The position numbers and the translations under genes are program-made. 64,000 nucleotides of DNA from Candidatus Brocadiia bacterium (GTDB lineage Bacteria > Planctomycetota > Brocadiia > CAIUPP01): NCBI GenBank assembly GCA_050015075.1, contig JBEKCB010000004.1:128001-192000 (forward strand), read 5' to 3'. The notes under the pieces are model-generated. The model searched no databases. It worked only from the letters and a program-made list of their open reading frames with translations, and had not been told where the DNA came from. Positions 29,486 through 39,216 of this stretch are shown here, piece after piece (position 1 is the stretch's first letter; the number at the start of each line of letters is the position of its first letter).

Positions 29486-29986
29486 TTATTTGCCGCGCAG
29501 AGCCGCGGCGGCTCGGCGTCGGGCTTCGAGGACCACGTCGTCCAGTTCCTTGAACTCCATCGCATGGGTCGGGCACGCGGCGACGCACGCCGGTTCCAGG
29601 CCGCGCGCCAACCGGTCGGCGCAGTTGTCGCACTTGATCACCGTCTTCCCGTCGGCGGTCTGGCGGACCATCCCGAACGGGCAGGCGACGATGCAGGACT
29701 TGCAGCCGATGCAGCGCTCGCGCGCCAGAAGGATCGGGCCTTCCTCGGTCTCGCGATAGATGGCGCCGCTGGGGCAAACCGCCAGGCAGGGCGCGTCCTC
29801 GCACTGATGGCAGACGAGCGGCACCGCCTCGGACTCGACCGCCAGCACGCCGCAGCCGGCCTGGGAGAAATTCACGGCGTTCAGGGGCGCATTCGCAGCC
29901 GCGCCCGCGCGCCGGTAAGAGCACTCCACCACGCACGAAAGGCACGCGTAGCACTTCTTCGAATCCACGACAATCGCCTTGCGCAT
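29486..29986 (-). CDS. CooF/HydN-like 4x[4Fe-4S] protein
   Basis: CYACLSCVVEC, CHQCEDAPCLAVCP, CIGCKSCIVACP, KCDNC..PACVAACP. Confidence 0.9.
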   Translation of the reverse strand: MRKAIVVDSKKCYACLSCVVECSYRRAGAAANAPLNAVNFSQAGCGVLAVESEAVPLVCHQCEDAPCLAVCPSGAIYRETEEGPILLARERCIGCKSCIVACPFGMVRQTADGKTVIKCDNCADRLARGLEPACVAACPTHAMEFKELDDVVLEARRRAAAALRGK

Positions 29987-30040
29987 CCGCCGCAACCTCC
30001 GCCAGGGAACGTAGTTTTTCCGCCATGCGCCGCTCTATCC

Positions 30041-30134
30041 AGCTTACACCCGCACGGAAAAACTGTCAAGCGAGGGTCGGAAGCCGCAATGCGTTCAGAA
30101 ACAGCTTGACCTCACCGCCGGCCGCCGATATCCT
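30041..30134. promoter_or_regulatory. Divergent sigma70 promoters
   Basis: Minus strand TTGACA(30069)-N17-TAAGCT. Plus strand TTGACC(30106)-N17-TATCCT. Confidence 0.5.
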
Positions 30135-30197
30135 TCAGGCACAGGCGACTTTGGGCCGCTCGGCTAACGAGAATTCGTCCGGAATAAAGAATTCGAC

Positions 30198-31331
30198 ATG
30201 AAACGCAACTTGATACTGCTTCTCGCCCTGCTCGGTGTCATTGCTTTCCCTCAGTACGCCTGGGCGGATGCCGGGACGCCGCTGATGTGGGCCGGGATGC
30301 TTCATTTGGTTTTCGGGAATGCGCTGATCGGAGTGGCAGAAGGGTTGCTGCTCGGCTGGCTGTTCGCCGTCCCGCAACGCAAGGGCCTTCCGGCCATGAT
30401 CCTTGCGAACTACACCTCCGCGTGGCTCGGCGGCTTGGTCATCGGCGGCGCGATTGCACGATCAGTGCCGATGGACCTGAACAATGGGTGGACATGGTTC
30501 TGGATCATGGTCGTCGTCACATTCTGCATCACCCTGGTGCTGGAGTGGCCGTTCTTCGCATGGTGCTTCCGTGGCACGCAGGATTGGCTGAAACGCAGCG
30601 TGCGGGCCACTCTCCTCCTGGTGAGCGCATCCTATATCGTTCTGTTCGGCTGGTATTGGATGGCCAGCGGCACTTCTCTTTACACCACAATGCATATCGT
30701 CGCACCGGCCAATATTTCGCTTCCGGAGCAGGTGGTTGTCTATTACATCGCTCCGGCTGACGGCAATGTTTACAGGCGGCAGTTGGCAGGCGGAGGCGAG
30801 CAAAAGGTAAATGATCTGCACTCGACGGACGAGAACGACCGATTGTTCGTTCGGCCGAGTGCAGCGGACAAGAACCGCTGGGACCTGGTGGCACGCCTTC
30901 AACCGAAGGGGTATCCCGATCACCGCTTCGTAGACGTGCTGACGAATTTGCCGCTTGAGGCGGCGCCAGACTGGCGCAGCACTGGGATCAAGTCTCCTGA
31001 AGATGAGGATACATGGTTTAACTTCGGGAAGGTGCCGAGCCTTGGGAGCGCGACGAGCAGCCAATGGGAGTTCACGACCGGCTTTTGGCCAATGGCGGGG
31101 CTTCACGCCTTAAATAAGGCGACCGGCGAGGAAGAACGGTTCTCTTACGAGACTCTTTTTGGCGCCTGGATGATCCGAAACGCGGTTAACCTGCCCTCAG
31201 ACAAGGTCTTGTTTCAGTTGGGCGCTGACCAGATTTGCGCGTTTGATCCTGTGACTCGACGAGTCGCTTTGCTTTGGCACGGAAGAGGTCCGGTGCCGGT
31301 CATCCCCATGGCCAATGTCCTCGCGCAATGA
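30198..31331 (+). CDS. Hypothetical membrane protein (several TM helices plus soluble C-terminal domain)
   Basis: 377-aa ORF with signal-like N-terminus. Less GC-biased codon usage than its neighbours. Confidence 0.75.
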   Translation: MKRNLILLLALLGVIAFPQYAWADAGTPLMWAGMLHLVFGNALIGVAEGLLLGWLFAVPQRKGLPAMILANYTSAWLGGLVIGGAIARSVPMDLNNGWTWFWIMVVVTFCITLVLEWPFFAWCFRGTQDWLKRSVRATLLLVSASYIVLFGWYWMASGTSLYTTMHIVAPANISLPEQVVVYYIAPADGNVYRRQLAGGGEQKVNDLHSTDENDRLFVRPSAADKNRWDLVARLQPKGYPDHRFVDVLTNLPLEAAPDWRSTGIKSPEDEDTWFNFGKVPSLGSATSSQWEFTTGFWPMAGLHALNKATGEEERFSYETLFGAWMIRNAVNLPSDKVLFQLGADQICAFDPVTRRVALLWHGRGPVPVIPMANVLAQ

Positions 31332-31494
31332 TCAGATCGTTCAGGCCCTCGCCAGCTTGTCCTAAGTCTGCCCGACCCAAGACCGCTTGCGCGATGAAAG
31401 GCAGCGGGCTAATATGACCGCAGAGGATTCGATGCGGCTTTGGCTTGCTGCGCCGGGGGTTGGCTGCGGCTCGCGGTTGAGAGGTGATGTCCAA

Positions 31495-32469
31495 ATGAAA
31501 GACACCCGCCCGGAAGGCAATTCTGCACGCGACGCGCAGGCGACGCCGCACGTGTTCGGGCCGGTGCCCTCGCGCCGCCTGGGGCGGTCGCTCGGCGTGG
31601 ACTTGACGCCGCGCAAGGTCTGCTCCTTCGATTGCATCTACTGCCAGGTCGGCCGCACAACGCGCAAGACCACCGAGCGCGAGCAGTTCGTGGCCGCCGC
31701 CGATATCGTCGCCGAGGTCCGCCAGAAATTGAAGACAGTTCCCCGGCCGGATTTCATCACCCTCTCCGGCTCCGGCGAGCCGACGCTGCACGCCGGCATC
31801 GGCCAGATCATTGACGGCGTCAAGCAGATCACGGACGTGCCGGTGGCGGTGATGACGAACGGCTCGCTCTTCTACGACCCGGAAGTGCGCCGGGCCTGCC
31901 TGCACGCGGACCTCATTCTGCCGACCCTGGACGCCGGCGATGAGGAGACGTTCCAGGCGATCAACCGCCCGGCGGCGGGGCTGACGCTGGCGCGCGTCGT
32001 GGAGGGACTCGAGGCGCTCCGGCGGGAGTACCGCGGACAGATCTGGCTCGAGGTGTTCCTGGTCGAAGGCGTCAACTCGAGCCCGGAACAGGTGAGGAAA
32101 ATCGGCGCGATCGCGGAGCGGATCCAGCCGGACCGCATACAGCTCAACACCGCCGTACGCCCGACCGCCGAGCCGGACGTGAAAGCGCTCTCGGAGGCCG
32201 CCCTGGCGGAGCTGGCGAAACTGCTCGGCCCGAAGGCGGAGGTCATTGCGGATTTCCGCCGTCCGCAGGAAGCGGCTGCGTTCGAGTCGCGCGGCGCGGA
32301 AGTGCTCGACATGATCCGGCGCAGGCCGGTGACGATCGCGGACATCGCCGCCGGGCTCGGAATTCCGCCGGAGGCCGCCGCGGCGCGCGTCCGGGAACTG
32401 CTCAACGAGAAACTGATCACGCGCGAGCGCAGGGGCGGGAAAGAGTTCTATCGCGCGACGGCCCCCTGA
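31495..32469 (+). CDS. Radical SAM protein (COG0731/TYW1-like Fe-S oxidoreductase) with C-terminal HTH
   Basis: FGPVPSRRLGRSLG, CSFDCIYC, SGSGEPTL. Confidence 0.9.
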   Translation: MKDTRPEGNSARDAQATPHVFGPVPSRRLGRSLGVDLTPRKVCSFDCIYCQVGRTTRKTTEREQFVAAADIVAEVRQKLKTVPRPDFITLSGSGEPTLHAGIGQIIDGVKQITDVPVAVMTNGSLFYDPEVRRACLHADLILPTLDAGDEETFQAINRPAAGLTLARVVEGLEALRREYRGQIWLEVFLVEGVNSSPEQVRKIGAIAERIQPDRIQLNTAVRPTAEPDVKALSEAALAELAKLLGPKAEVIADFRRPQEAAAFESRGAEVLDMIRRRPVTIADIAAGLGIPPEAAAARVRELLNEKLITRERRGGKEFYRATAP

Positions 32470-32480
32470 GCGGTCGGCTT

Positions 32481-32529
32481 GTAGTGGCGCCGTCAGGCGC
32501 TACTCCGTATGCCCTGACGGGCACACTAC
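32481..32529. repeat. GTAG-type REP doublet, copy 3
   Basis: GTAGTGGCGCCGTCAGGCGCTACTCCGTATGCCCTGACGGGCACACTAC. Confidence 0.88.
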
Positions 32530-32564
32530 GAGCGGCTCGCCGGAAAAAGTCCACTCCGCCCGCT

Positions 32565-32594
32565 TTGACTCCGCGCGACGAGGGGGCCTATAAT
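32565..32594 (+). promoter_or_regulatory. sigma70 promoter of the glycoside hydrolase gene
   Basis: TTGACT-N18-TATAAT. Confidence 0.55.
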
Positions 32595-32654
32595 CCCGAA
32601 TCTTTTCAATGTTGCCCATATCAACAATGTGCACACGACGAAAAGGAGCCTTAA

Positions 32655-35600
32655 ATGAGCGACGCGATCGCGCGCGAATTCGCCTTTCCCGGCGCGGCCT
32701 GGCGCGGCAAGCCGTTCTGGGGCTGGAACGGGAAGCTTGAGCCGGAGGAGTTGCGCCGGCAGATCCGCGTGATGCGCAGGATGGGCATGGGCGGCTTCTT
32801 CATGCACGCGCGCGTTGGGCTGGCTACGCCGTACCTGTCGCAGCGCTGGTTCGAGTGCGTCAACGCCTGCGTGGACGAGGCGAAAAAACTGAAGATGGAA
32901 GCCTGGCTCTACGACGAAGACCGCTGGCCCTCCGGCGCGGCGGGCGGACTGGTGACGAAGAATCCCGGCTGGCGCCAGAGGATGCTGCGCGTCGTCGAGA
33001 GCGACGATCCGGCGAAGTTCCGGTGGACGCCCGGCACGCTCGCGGCGTTTACCGCCATCGTGAAGGAGCATGCGGCGTTCTCAGTGCGGCCGATCCCGAA
33101 AGGCAACCGGCCGCCGCGGTTGGCGAAGGGAGAGAAGATCATCGCCTTCCAGGTGGAGACCGCCGAGCCGAACAGTTGGTACAACGGGTACACCTATATT
33201 GACGTGCTCAACCCCGGTGCGGTGCGCGAGTTCATCCGCGTGACGCACGAGGCCTATCGCCGCAAGTGCGGCCGTGCGTTCGGCAAGCTCATCCCCGGCG
33301 TCTTCAGCGACGAGCCCAACGGCGGTGACTGCTTCGTCGAATCCATTCTTACCGAAACCGGCGCGGGCGGCACGCTTCCCTGGACCGGCGCGCTGCCGAA
33401 AGTCTTCCGGGAGCGCTACGGATATGACCTGCTGCCTCACCTGCCGGAACTCGCCTATGACCTCGAAGGCCAGGGCGTCCGGCCCGCGCGCTACCACTTC
33501 CACGACTGCCTCAACCATCTCTTCGTGACCGCGTACTCGAAGCAGATCGGCGAATGGTGCGACCGCAACGGGCTGCTCTACACCGGCCACGTCCTCGAAG
33601 AGGACAGCCTCTCGAAGCAGGTCGCGACCACGTCGGCGTGCATGAGGTTCTACGAATACATGCAGGCGCCGGGGCTGGACATGCTGACCGAGCGCCGGCG
33701 CATCTACGACACGGCCAAGCAAGTCAGTTCCGCCGCGCGGCAGTTCGGCCGCAAGTGGCGCCTGACCGAGACCTACGGCTGCAGCGGATGGGATTTCGCC
33801 TTCGCCGGGCACAAGGCGCTCGGCGACTGGCAGGTGGCCCTCGGGATCAACCTGCGATGCCCGCATCTCTATTGGTACACGATGCAGGGCGAGGCCAAGC
33901 GCGACTTCCCCGGCCCCATCGGCGAGCAGTCGCCCTGGTGGGTGCATTACGGGAAGGTGGAAGATTACTTCGCGCGCCTGCACGCGGCGCTCACGCCGGG
34001 CGAGGAGGTGCGCGACATCCTCGTGGTCCATCCGGTCGAGAGCATGTGGCTCCAGGTGCGGAAGAACTGGCGGCAGGCGCCGGCGCCGCGCCGGATGGAC
34101 AGCGAGTTCGGCAAGCTGCGCGACGCGCTCCTCTCGGCTCATCTCGATTTCGATTACGGCGACGAGGAACTTCTCTCGCGCCACGCCCGCATCCTCCGCG
34201 CAGGCGGGACGCGCCCGGTTGCGCTCCGGGTCGGCCGGGCCACTTATAAAGCCGTGGTCGTGCCGCCGATGACCACGATGCGCCGGACGACGCTCAGCCT
34301 GCTGGAACGTTTCCGGGAAGCCGGCGGAACGGTGGTCTTTGCCGGCCGGCCTGCGGCATACGTGGAAGCCGTGCGCGATCCGGGCCCGGCAGCGCTGGCG
34401 CGGCGATGCATGCGGACTCCCGCCCGCGGGCCGAAACTCGCCGCCGCGCTCGACCCGCTCTGCCGGCGCGTATCCATCGCCGACGCCGCCGGGAAGGAGA
34501 TCGCCGGCGTCCTCTACCTCCTGCGGGAAGACCGCGACGCATTCCGCCTGTTCATCTGCAACACCGGCTACACCGCCGCGCAGTTCCGCAGCCTGGGTTT
34601 CAACGAGGACAAAATGGTCCGCGACCGCCGCGCGGTCTGGCCGGCGGTCAAGGTTCGCGGCTTCGCCGAGTGCGCCGGCGCGCCGCAGGAATGGGTCGCG
34701 GCCACGGGCCGCCGCTTCGCCGCGAACGCGGCACGGACGAAAGGCGGCGCATGGGAAATCGCCACCGATCTGCCCGCACTGGGCAGCCGGCTGTTCGTCT
34801 TCCCCAAAGGAAAAACGCGCGAATCGCTCCCGACACGGCCGGTTTCAACCACCGTGCGCAGCCTGCCGGTCGCGGCCCGGCCGTGGGAGATCGCGCTCTC
34901 GGAGAGAAACGTCCTCCTGCTCGACCGGGCGCAATACCGCATCAAAGGCAGGAACGGGAAGGGCGAAGAGGAAATCCTTCGCCTCGACCGGCGCGCCCGC
35001 CAGGCGCTGGGCGTTCCCCCGCGCGGCGGCATGATGGTCCAGCCCTGGGCGCGCAAGCAGCAGAAAAGGAAAAAGTCCGTCCCGGTCGGCCTGGAGTACC
35101 GCTTCCACGTGGAGGCGCTCCCGCAGGGCGAACTTCTCCTGGCGATCGAAACGCCGGAACGTTTCAGCATCGAGATCAACGGGCGCCCGGTCTCCTCGGA
35201 CGCGGCGCGCGGCTGGTGGGTGGACCCCTCGTTGAAACTGCTCGCGCTCGACCCCGCGTGGCTGCGCCTCGGCGAAAACCGGCTCCACCTGGATATCGCG
35301 TACACCGAGGACGACGGGCTGGAGATCGTCTACCTCCTGGGCGACTTCGGCGTCACGCTGACTGGCGGCCAGGCGCGGATCGTCGCCGCCCCGGCGCAGT
35401 TGAAGATGGGCGACTGGACCGTGCAGGGACTGCCTTTTTACGCCGGCTCGGTCTGCTACCGGCGCGACGTCGTCACGCCGCGGCTGGCGAAGGGCGAGCG
35501 GCTTTTCGTGCGCGTGCCGAGCTATCGCGGCGTTGCAGTCCGCGTGCTCGTCAACGGGAGGCGAGCCGGTTTCATCGGATGGGAACCGTCTGAGGCGGAC

Positions 35601-35843
35601 ATCACCGACCTCATCGAGGGCGATGCCTTCGAGCTGGGCATCGAACTCCTCGGCCACCGCCGCAACTCCCACGGACCGCTCCACTTCGCCGAAAAGTGGC
35701 CGGTGATGGGCGCACGGCCGTGGCAGTTCGTCACCCAGGGCAAGGACTGGTGCGACGACTGGAACCTGGTCCCCTGCGGGCTGATGGAAAGCCCGCGGCT
35801 GGAAATCCGGCGGCTCTCGAACCCGCCTCGGCGCCGCTCGTAG
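32655..35843 (+). CDS. Large glycoside hydrolase (GH106 alpha-L-rhamnosidase-like)
   Basis: PFWGWNG..GMGGFFMHAR, WLYDEDRWPSG, FSDEP, TETYG. No signal peptide. Confidence 0.82.
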   Translation: MSDAIAREFAFPGAAWRGKPFWGWNGKLEPEELRRQIRVMRRMGMGGFFMHARVGLATPYLSQRWFECVNACVDEAKKLKMEAWLYDEDRWPSGAAGGLVTKNPGWRQRMLRVVESDDPAKFRWTPGTLAAFTAIVKEHAAFSVRPIPKGNRPPRLAKGEKIIAFQVETAEPNSWYNGYTYIDVLNPGAVREFIRVTHEAYRRKCGRAFGKLIPGVFSDEPNGGDCFVESILTETGAGGTLPWTGALPKVFRERYGYDLLPHLPELAYDLEGQGVRPARYHFHDCLNHLFVTAYSKQIGEWCDRNGLLYTGHVLEEDSLSKQVATTSACMRFYEYMQAPGLDMLTERRRIYDTAKQVSSAARQFGRKWRLTETYGCSGWDFAFAGHKALGDWQVALGINLRCPHLYWYTMQGEAKRDFPGPIGEQSPWWVHYGKVEDYFARLHAALTPGEEVRDILVVHPVESMWLQVRKNWRQAPAPRRMDSEFGKLRDALLSAHLDFDYGDEELLSRHARILRAGGTRPVALRVGRATYKAVVVPPMTTMRRTTLSLLERFREAGGTVVFAGRPAAYVEAVRDPGPAALARRCMRTPARGPKLAAALDPLCRRVSIADAAGKEIAGVLYLLREDRDAFRLFICNTGYTAAQFRSLGFNEDKMVRDRRAVWPAVKVRGFAECAGAPQEWVAATGRRFAANAARTKGGAWEIATDLPALGSRLFVFPKGKTRESLPTRPVSTTVRSLPVAARPWEIALSERNVLLLDRAQYRIKGRNGKGEEEILRLDRRARQALGVPPRGGMMVQPWARKQQKRKKSVPVGLEYRFHVEALPQGELLLAIETPERFSIEINGRPVSSDAARGWWVDPSLKLLALDPAWLRLGENRLHLDIAYTEDDGLEIVYLLGDFGVTLTGGQARIVAAPAQLKMGDWTVQGLPFYAGSVCYRRDVVTPRLAKGERLFVRVPSYRGVAVRVLVNGRRAGFIGWEPSEADITDLIEGDAFELGIELLGHRRNSHGPLHFAEKWPVMGARPWQFVTQGKDWCDDWNLVPCGLMESPRLEIRRLSNPPRRRS

Positions 35844-35888
35844 TGTGCCCGTAAGGGCATACGAAGCAGCGCCTGACGGCGCCACTAC
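35840..35888. repeat. GTAG-type REP doublet, copy 4 (opposite orientation)
   Basis: GTAGTGTGCCCGTAAGGGCATAC...GCGCCTGACGGCGCCACTAC. Its TAG is the glycoside hydrolase stop codon. Confidence 0.88.
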
Positions 35889-35917
35889 AAGCAACTGCAA
35901 AACAGCGGTTTCGATTA

Positions 35918-35997
35918 CGAGCACATTAGCCGCGCCAACGGCTGCGCGGCTGGTGCATCAATAGAAAATGCGCGCCCGGCGCGCATTTTTTTAGGAG
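35918..35997. repeat. 80-bp double-hairpin dispersed repeat, copy 2
   Basis: Near-identical to 20146-20225. Confidence 0.85.
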
Positions 35998-36011
35998 ATA
36001 TTCAGACCCGA

Positions 36012-36980
36012 CTAGTCCCTGAAGTACCTCTGGCAAACCGGCTTCGTCCGTTCCCAGACCGCGTCGAAGGCGCGGACGAACGGCGGCGGCAGCGGGCCTC
36101 TGCGGCAGGCCGCGAGGTTCTCGCGCAGATGCTCGACCTGGCTCGCGCCGACGATAAGGCCGTCGGATCGGGAATGGTGGAGCAGCCACCGCAGCGACGC
36201 GGCGGCCAGCGGGATGCGGCTCTTCCTCGCCGCCTGCCGCAGCGCGCCGACCGCCGCAAAATACTCGCGCTTCCAGTACCGGTCGCGGTAGTACTCTCCC
36301 GAGAATCGGCCGGTGGCCGGGATCGCGCTGAGGTCGGAGTGCTTGCCGGTCAGCAGGCCGCCGGCGAGCGGGTTGTACGCGATGAACCGCAGCCCGAAAT
36401 GCCGGCACGACGGGATGCACTCGCGCTCGACGTCGCGCGTGACGGCGTTGTACATGCCCTGGTAAATGACCGGCGGTTGCCAGCCGTTCCGCGCGCAGAT
36501 GAGCGCGGCCTCCGCGACCTGCCACGAGGCGTAGTTGCTCAGCCCGATCGCGCGCGTTTTCCCCTCGCGCGCCAGGTCATGGCACGCCGCCAGCGTCGCC
36601 TCCAGCGGCGTGCGGTTGTCGGGCGCGTGAAGATAGAAGAGGTCCACGTAATCCATCCGCAGGCGGCGCAGGCTCGTCTCGAGTTGTCCGCGCACTGAGC
36701 CGGGCGTCAGGCCGCGCGGCTTGCCCTTGCCGAGCTTGTCCGGATACGCCTTCGTCGCCAGAAAGGCCTTCTCGCGTGCGCGCCCCTTGAGCAGCCGCCC
36801 GAGGATCATCTCGCTCCGGCCTTCGGTGTACATGAACGCGGTGTCCACCCAGCGATGGCCTTCGTCCAGGAACATCCGGAGCATCCGGTCGGCTTCCGCA
36901 GCCGAGGTCTGCGCGCCGAACGTCATCGTGCCGAGCGCGATGATCGGCGTCCGCTCGAACAACTTCCCCGATTTCTGCAT
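36012..36980 (-). CDS. Aldo/keto reductase (AKR7/aflatoxin aldehyde reductase-like)
   Basis: LGTMTFG, DTAFMY, ATK, FYLHAPD, YQGMYNA, YNPLAGGLLTG. Confidence 0.9.
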   Translation of the reverse strand: MQKSGKLFERTPIIALGTMTFGAQTSAAEADRMLRMFLDEGHRWVDTAFMYTEGRSEMILGRLLKGRAREKAFLATKAYPDKLGKGKPRGLTPGSVRGQLETSLRRLRMDYVDLFYLHAPDNRTPLEATLAACHDLAREGKTRAIGLSNYASWQVAEAALICARNGWQPPVIYQGMYNAVTRDVERECIPSCRHFGLRFIAYNPLAGGLLTGKHSDLSAIPATGRFSGEYYRDRYWKREYFAAVGALRQAARKSRIPLAAASLRWLLHHSRSDGLIVGASQVEHLRENLAACRRGPLPPPFVRAFDAVWERTKPVCQRYFRD

Positions 36981-36995
36981 CGTTCGCCCTCCAGG

Positions 36996-38351
36996 TTACC
37001 GCAACAGGTCCAGCGTCTCCGCCAGCGTCCCGACCGGGTGGAGCTTCAAGTCGGCCGGCAGGTCCGGCGCAGGGCCGGAATGCAGCGGGACGTACGCGTG
37101 GCGGAAGCCGAGCTTGGCGCACTCGCGGAGGCGCTGCTCCAACTGGCTCACGCCGCGGACCTCGCCGCCGAGTCCGACCTCGCCGATCACGACCGCGTCG
37201 CGCGCGACCGGGAAATTCTGGAAGGACGACGCGATCGCCACGGCGATCGGCAGGTCCGCCGCCGGCTCGTCCACGCGGACGCCGCCGACCACGTTCACGA
37301 ACACGTCCTGCCCGGTCAACTGGATCCCGGCGCGCCGTTCGAGCACCGCCAGCAGCATGCAGACCCGCGCGTAGTCCACGCCGCTGACCTTGCGCTCCGG
37401 CGAGCCGTAACGCGCCGTCGCCAGCAGCGCCTGCACCTCCACGAGCAGCGCGCGCGTGCCTTCCATGCACGGCACCACCGCCGCGCCGGTCACCACACGG
37501 CGGCGGTCCGAGAGGAAAAGCTCCGACGGGTTCGCGACCTCGGCGAGTCCCTCGCGCGTCATCTGGAACACGCCGACCTCGTTCGTCGGCCCGAACCGGT
37601 TCTTCACCGCGCGCAGCAGCCGGAAGGCGTGATGCCGGTCGCCCTCGAAATAGAGCACCGTGTCCACCATGTGTTCGAGCGTGCGCGGGCCGGCCAGCGC
37701 GCCGCCCTTGGTCACGTGCCCGACCAGGTACAGCACGTGCCCGTGCCGCTTGGCGTGATAGACCAGCCGGGTGGCCGACTCGCGCACCTGGCCGACGCTG
37801 CCCGGCGCCGACGGCAGCTCGGGCATGAAGACCATCTGGATGGAATCCACCACGACCATCTGCGGGCGCACGCGCTCGATCTGCTGAAGGATCGCCTCGA
37901 CGCTGGTCTCCGAGAGCAGGAACAACTGCGGCGTCGCGATCCCCAGCCGCTCCGCGCGGATCTTCGTCTGCAGGAGCGACTCCTCCGCCGCCACGTAGAG
38001 CACCTTCAGCCCGGCGGCCGCGACGCGATCGGCCGCCTGGAGCAGCAGCGTGGACTTGCCGATCCCCGGATCGCCGCCGATCAGCACCGCCGACCCGAGC
38101 ACCGCCCCGCCGCCGAGGATGCGGTCGAACTCCTGGATCCCGGTCAGCACGCGCGGCGCGTCCACGGACTCGACTTCCGTGATCGGCATCGCCTCGCCCG
38201 CCGCGAGCGCCGGCTGCTCGCGCACCGGCTCCGGCACTACCCGCTCCTCGACCAGCGAATTCCACTCCTGGCAATCCGGGCATCGCCCCGCCCACCGCGC
38301 CTGCTGCGACCCGCACTGCTGGCAGACGTAAATCGTCTTCGCCTTCGCCAT
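36996..38351 (-). CDS. radA: DNA repair protein RadA/Sms
   Basis: CQQC..CPDC zinc finger, GGDPGIGKST, KNRFG. Upstream TTGACA-N17-TAATCT. Confidence 0.97.
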   Translation of the reverse strand: MAKAKTIYVCQQCGSQQARWAGRCPDCQEWNSLVEERVVPEPVREQPALAAGEAMPITEVESVDAPRVLTGIQEFDRILGGGAVLGSAVLIGGDPGIGKSTLLLQAADRVAAAGLKVLYVAAEESLLQTKIRAERLGIATPQLFLLSETSVEAILQQIERVRPQMVVVDSIQMVFMPELPSAPGSVGQVRESATRLVYHAKRHGHVLYLVGHVTKGGALAGPRTLEHMVDTVLYFEGDRHHAFRLLRAVKNRFGPTNEVGVFQMTREGLAEVANPSELFLSDRRRVVTGAAVVPCMEGTRALLVEVQALLATARYGSPERKVSGVDYARVCMLLAVLERRAGIQLTGQDVFVNVVGGVRVDEPAADLPIAVAIASSFQNFPVARDAVVIGEVGLGGEVRGVSQLEQRLRECAKLGFRHAYVPLHSGPAPDLPADLKLHPVGTLAETLDLLR

Positions 38352-38532
38352 CGAATCTCCTCTCGCGCGTAGATTAGTTGGCCGGCCCCGACCTGTCAAG
38401 GCGAAACGGCTGGGAGGTAGAAATAAGTCGCCTGATACCCGGAACTCCGGGATTCCCCAGTTCGTAGGCTGCCTTGCGATCTGGCACTTCGCGGTTTACA
38501 ATTAGGTCAATGGAATGTACGGGAGAAAAGCC

Positions 38533-39009
38533 TTGCGCAAGATACGGGTTTATGTTGATACCTCCGTCTTTGGCGGCACGCAGGACGAGGAGTTCGCCGA
38601 AGCCACGAAGAGGTTCTTCGATCGTGTTCACCAAGGACGCTTCCGCGTCCTGGTATCGCAGGTCACGGCAGATGAGTTGACCGATGCGCCGCCGGCGGTT
38701 CAAGCGATTCTCAGGGAACTGCCCCGTCTCAGCATCGAGAGGGTGACCGCCGAGAAAGAGGTGCTTGCTCTTGCCATGGCTTATATCGCTGTAGGTGCTC
38801 TTGGACCGGCCCAGCGTGCAGACGCGATTCATGTTGCCACCGCGACTGTGGCGCGCGCTGATCTCATTTTGAGTTGGAATTTCAAGCATATCGTGAACTT
38901 CGACCGCATTCACAAATTCAATGCCGTGAATCTTAAGCGCGGCTATCCGCAGATCGAGATTCGCAGTCCGCTGGAGGTGGAGTATGGCGACGAAGACCAA
39001 GACGTTTGA
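38533..39009 (+). CDS. PIN-domain protein (VapC-like toxin)
   Basis: VYVDTSVFGG, E, DAIHVA, SWNFKHIVN. TTG start after GGGAGA (the ORF track starts it at 38515). Confidence 0.88.
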   Translation: MRKIRVYVDTSVFGGTQDEEFAEATKRFFDRVHQGRFRVLVSQVTADELTDAPPAVQAILRELPRLSIERVTAEKEVLALAMAYIAVGALGPAQRADAIHVATATVARADLILSWNFKHIVNFDRIHKFNAVNLKRGYPQIEIRSPLEVEYGDEDQDV

Positions 39010-39163
39010 CTGCGTGGAAATGAAGAACCGCATCCAAGCGCAGCGGTTGGCGGAATACGAGGCGCACAAGGCAGAGTTCGGCTCGTACATTGACTTTGTC
39101 AACGCGAGATTGAAGAAATCAACCGTCTGGAAGGAGTTGGCCAGAAAATCAGAGAAGGGTTGA
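38984..39163 (+). CDS. 59-aa putative antitoxin (below the ORF-track cutoff)
   Basis: GGAGGTGGAG RBS. MATKTKTFDCVEMKNRIQAQRLAEYEAHKAEFGSYIDFVNARLKKSTVWKELARKSEKG. Overlaps the PIN gene 3' end. Confidence 0.7.
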   Translation: MATKTKTFDCVEMKNRIQAQRLAEYEAHKAEFGSYIDFVNARLKKSTVWKELARKSEKG

Positions 39164-39216
39164 TCACAAGATCGTTAGAGATAAGACGTGTGACTATCCT
39201 CGTTATTCGTCTTTTC

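Noticed and set aside
32608-32628. TGTTG-N7-CAACA dyad downstream of the glycoside hydrolase promoter as an operator
   Set aside because: It is a single short instance with no cognate regulator nearby, so it cannot be distinguished from chance.
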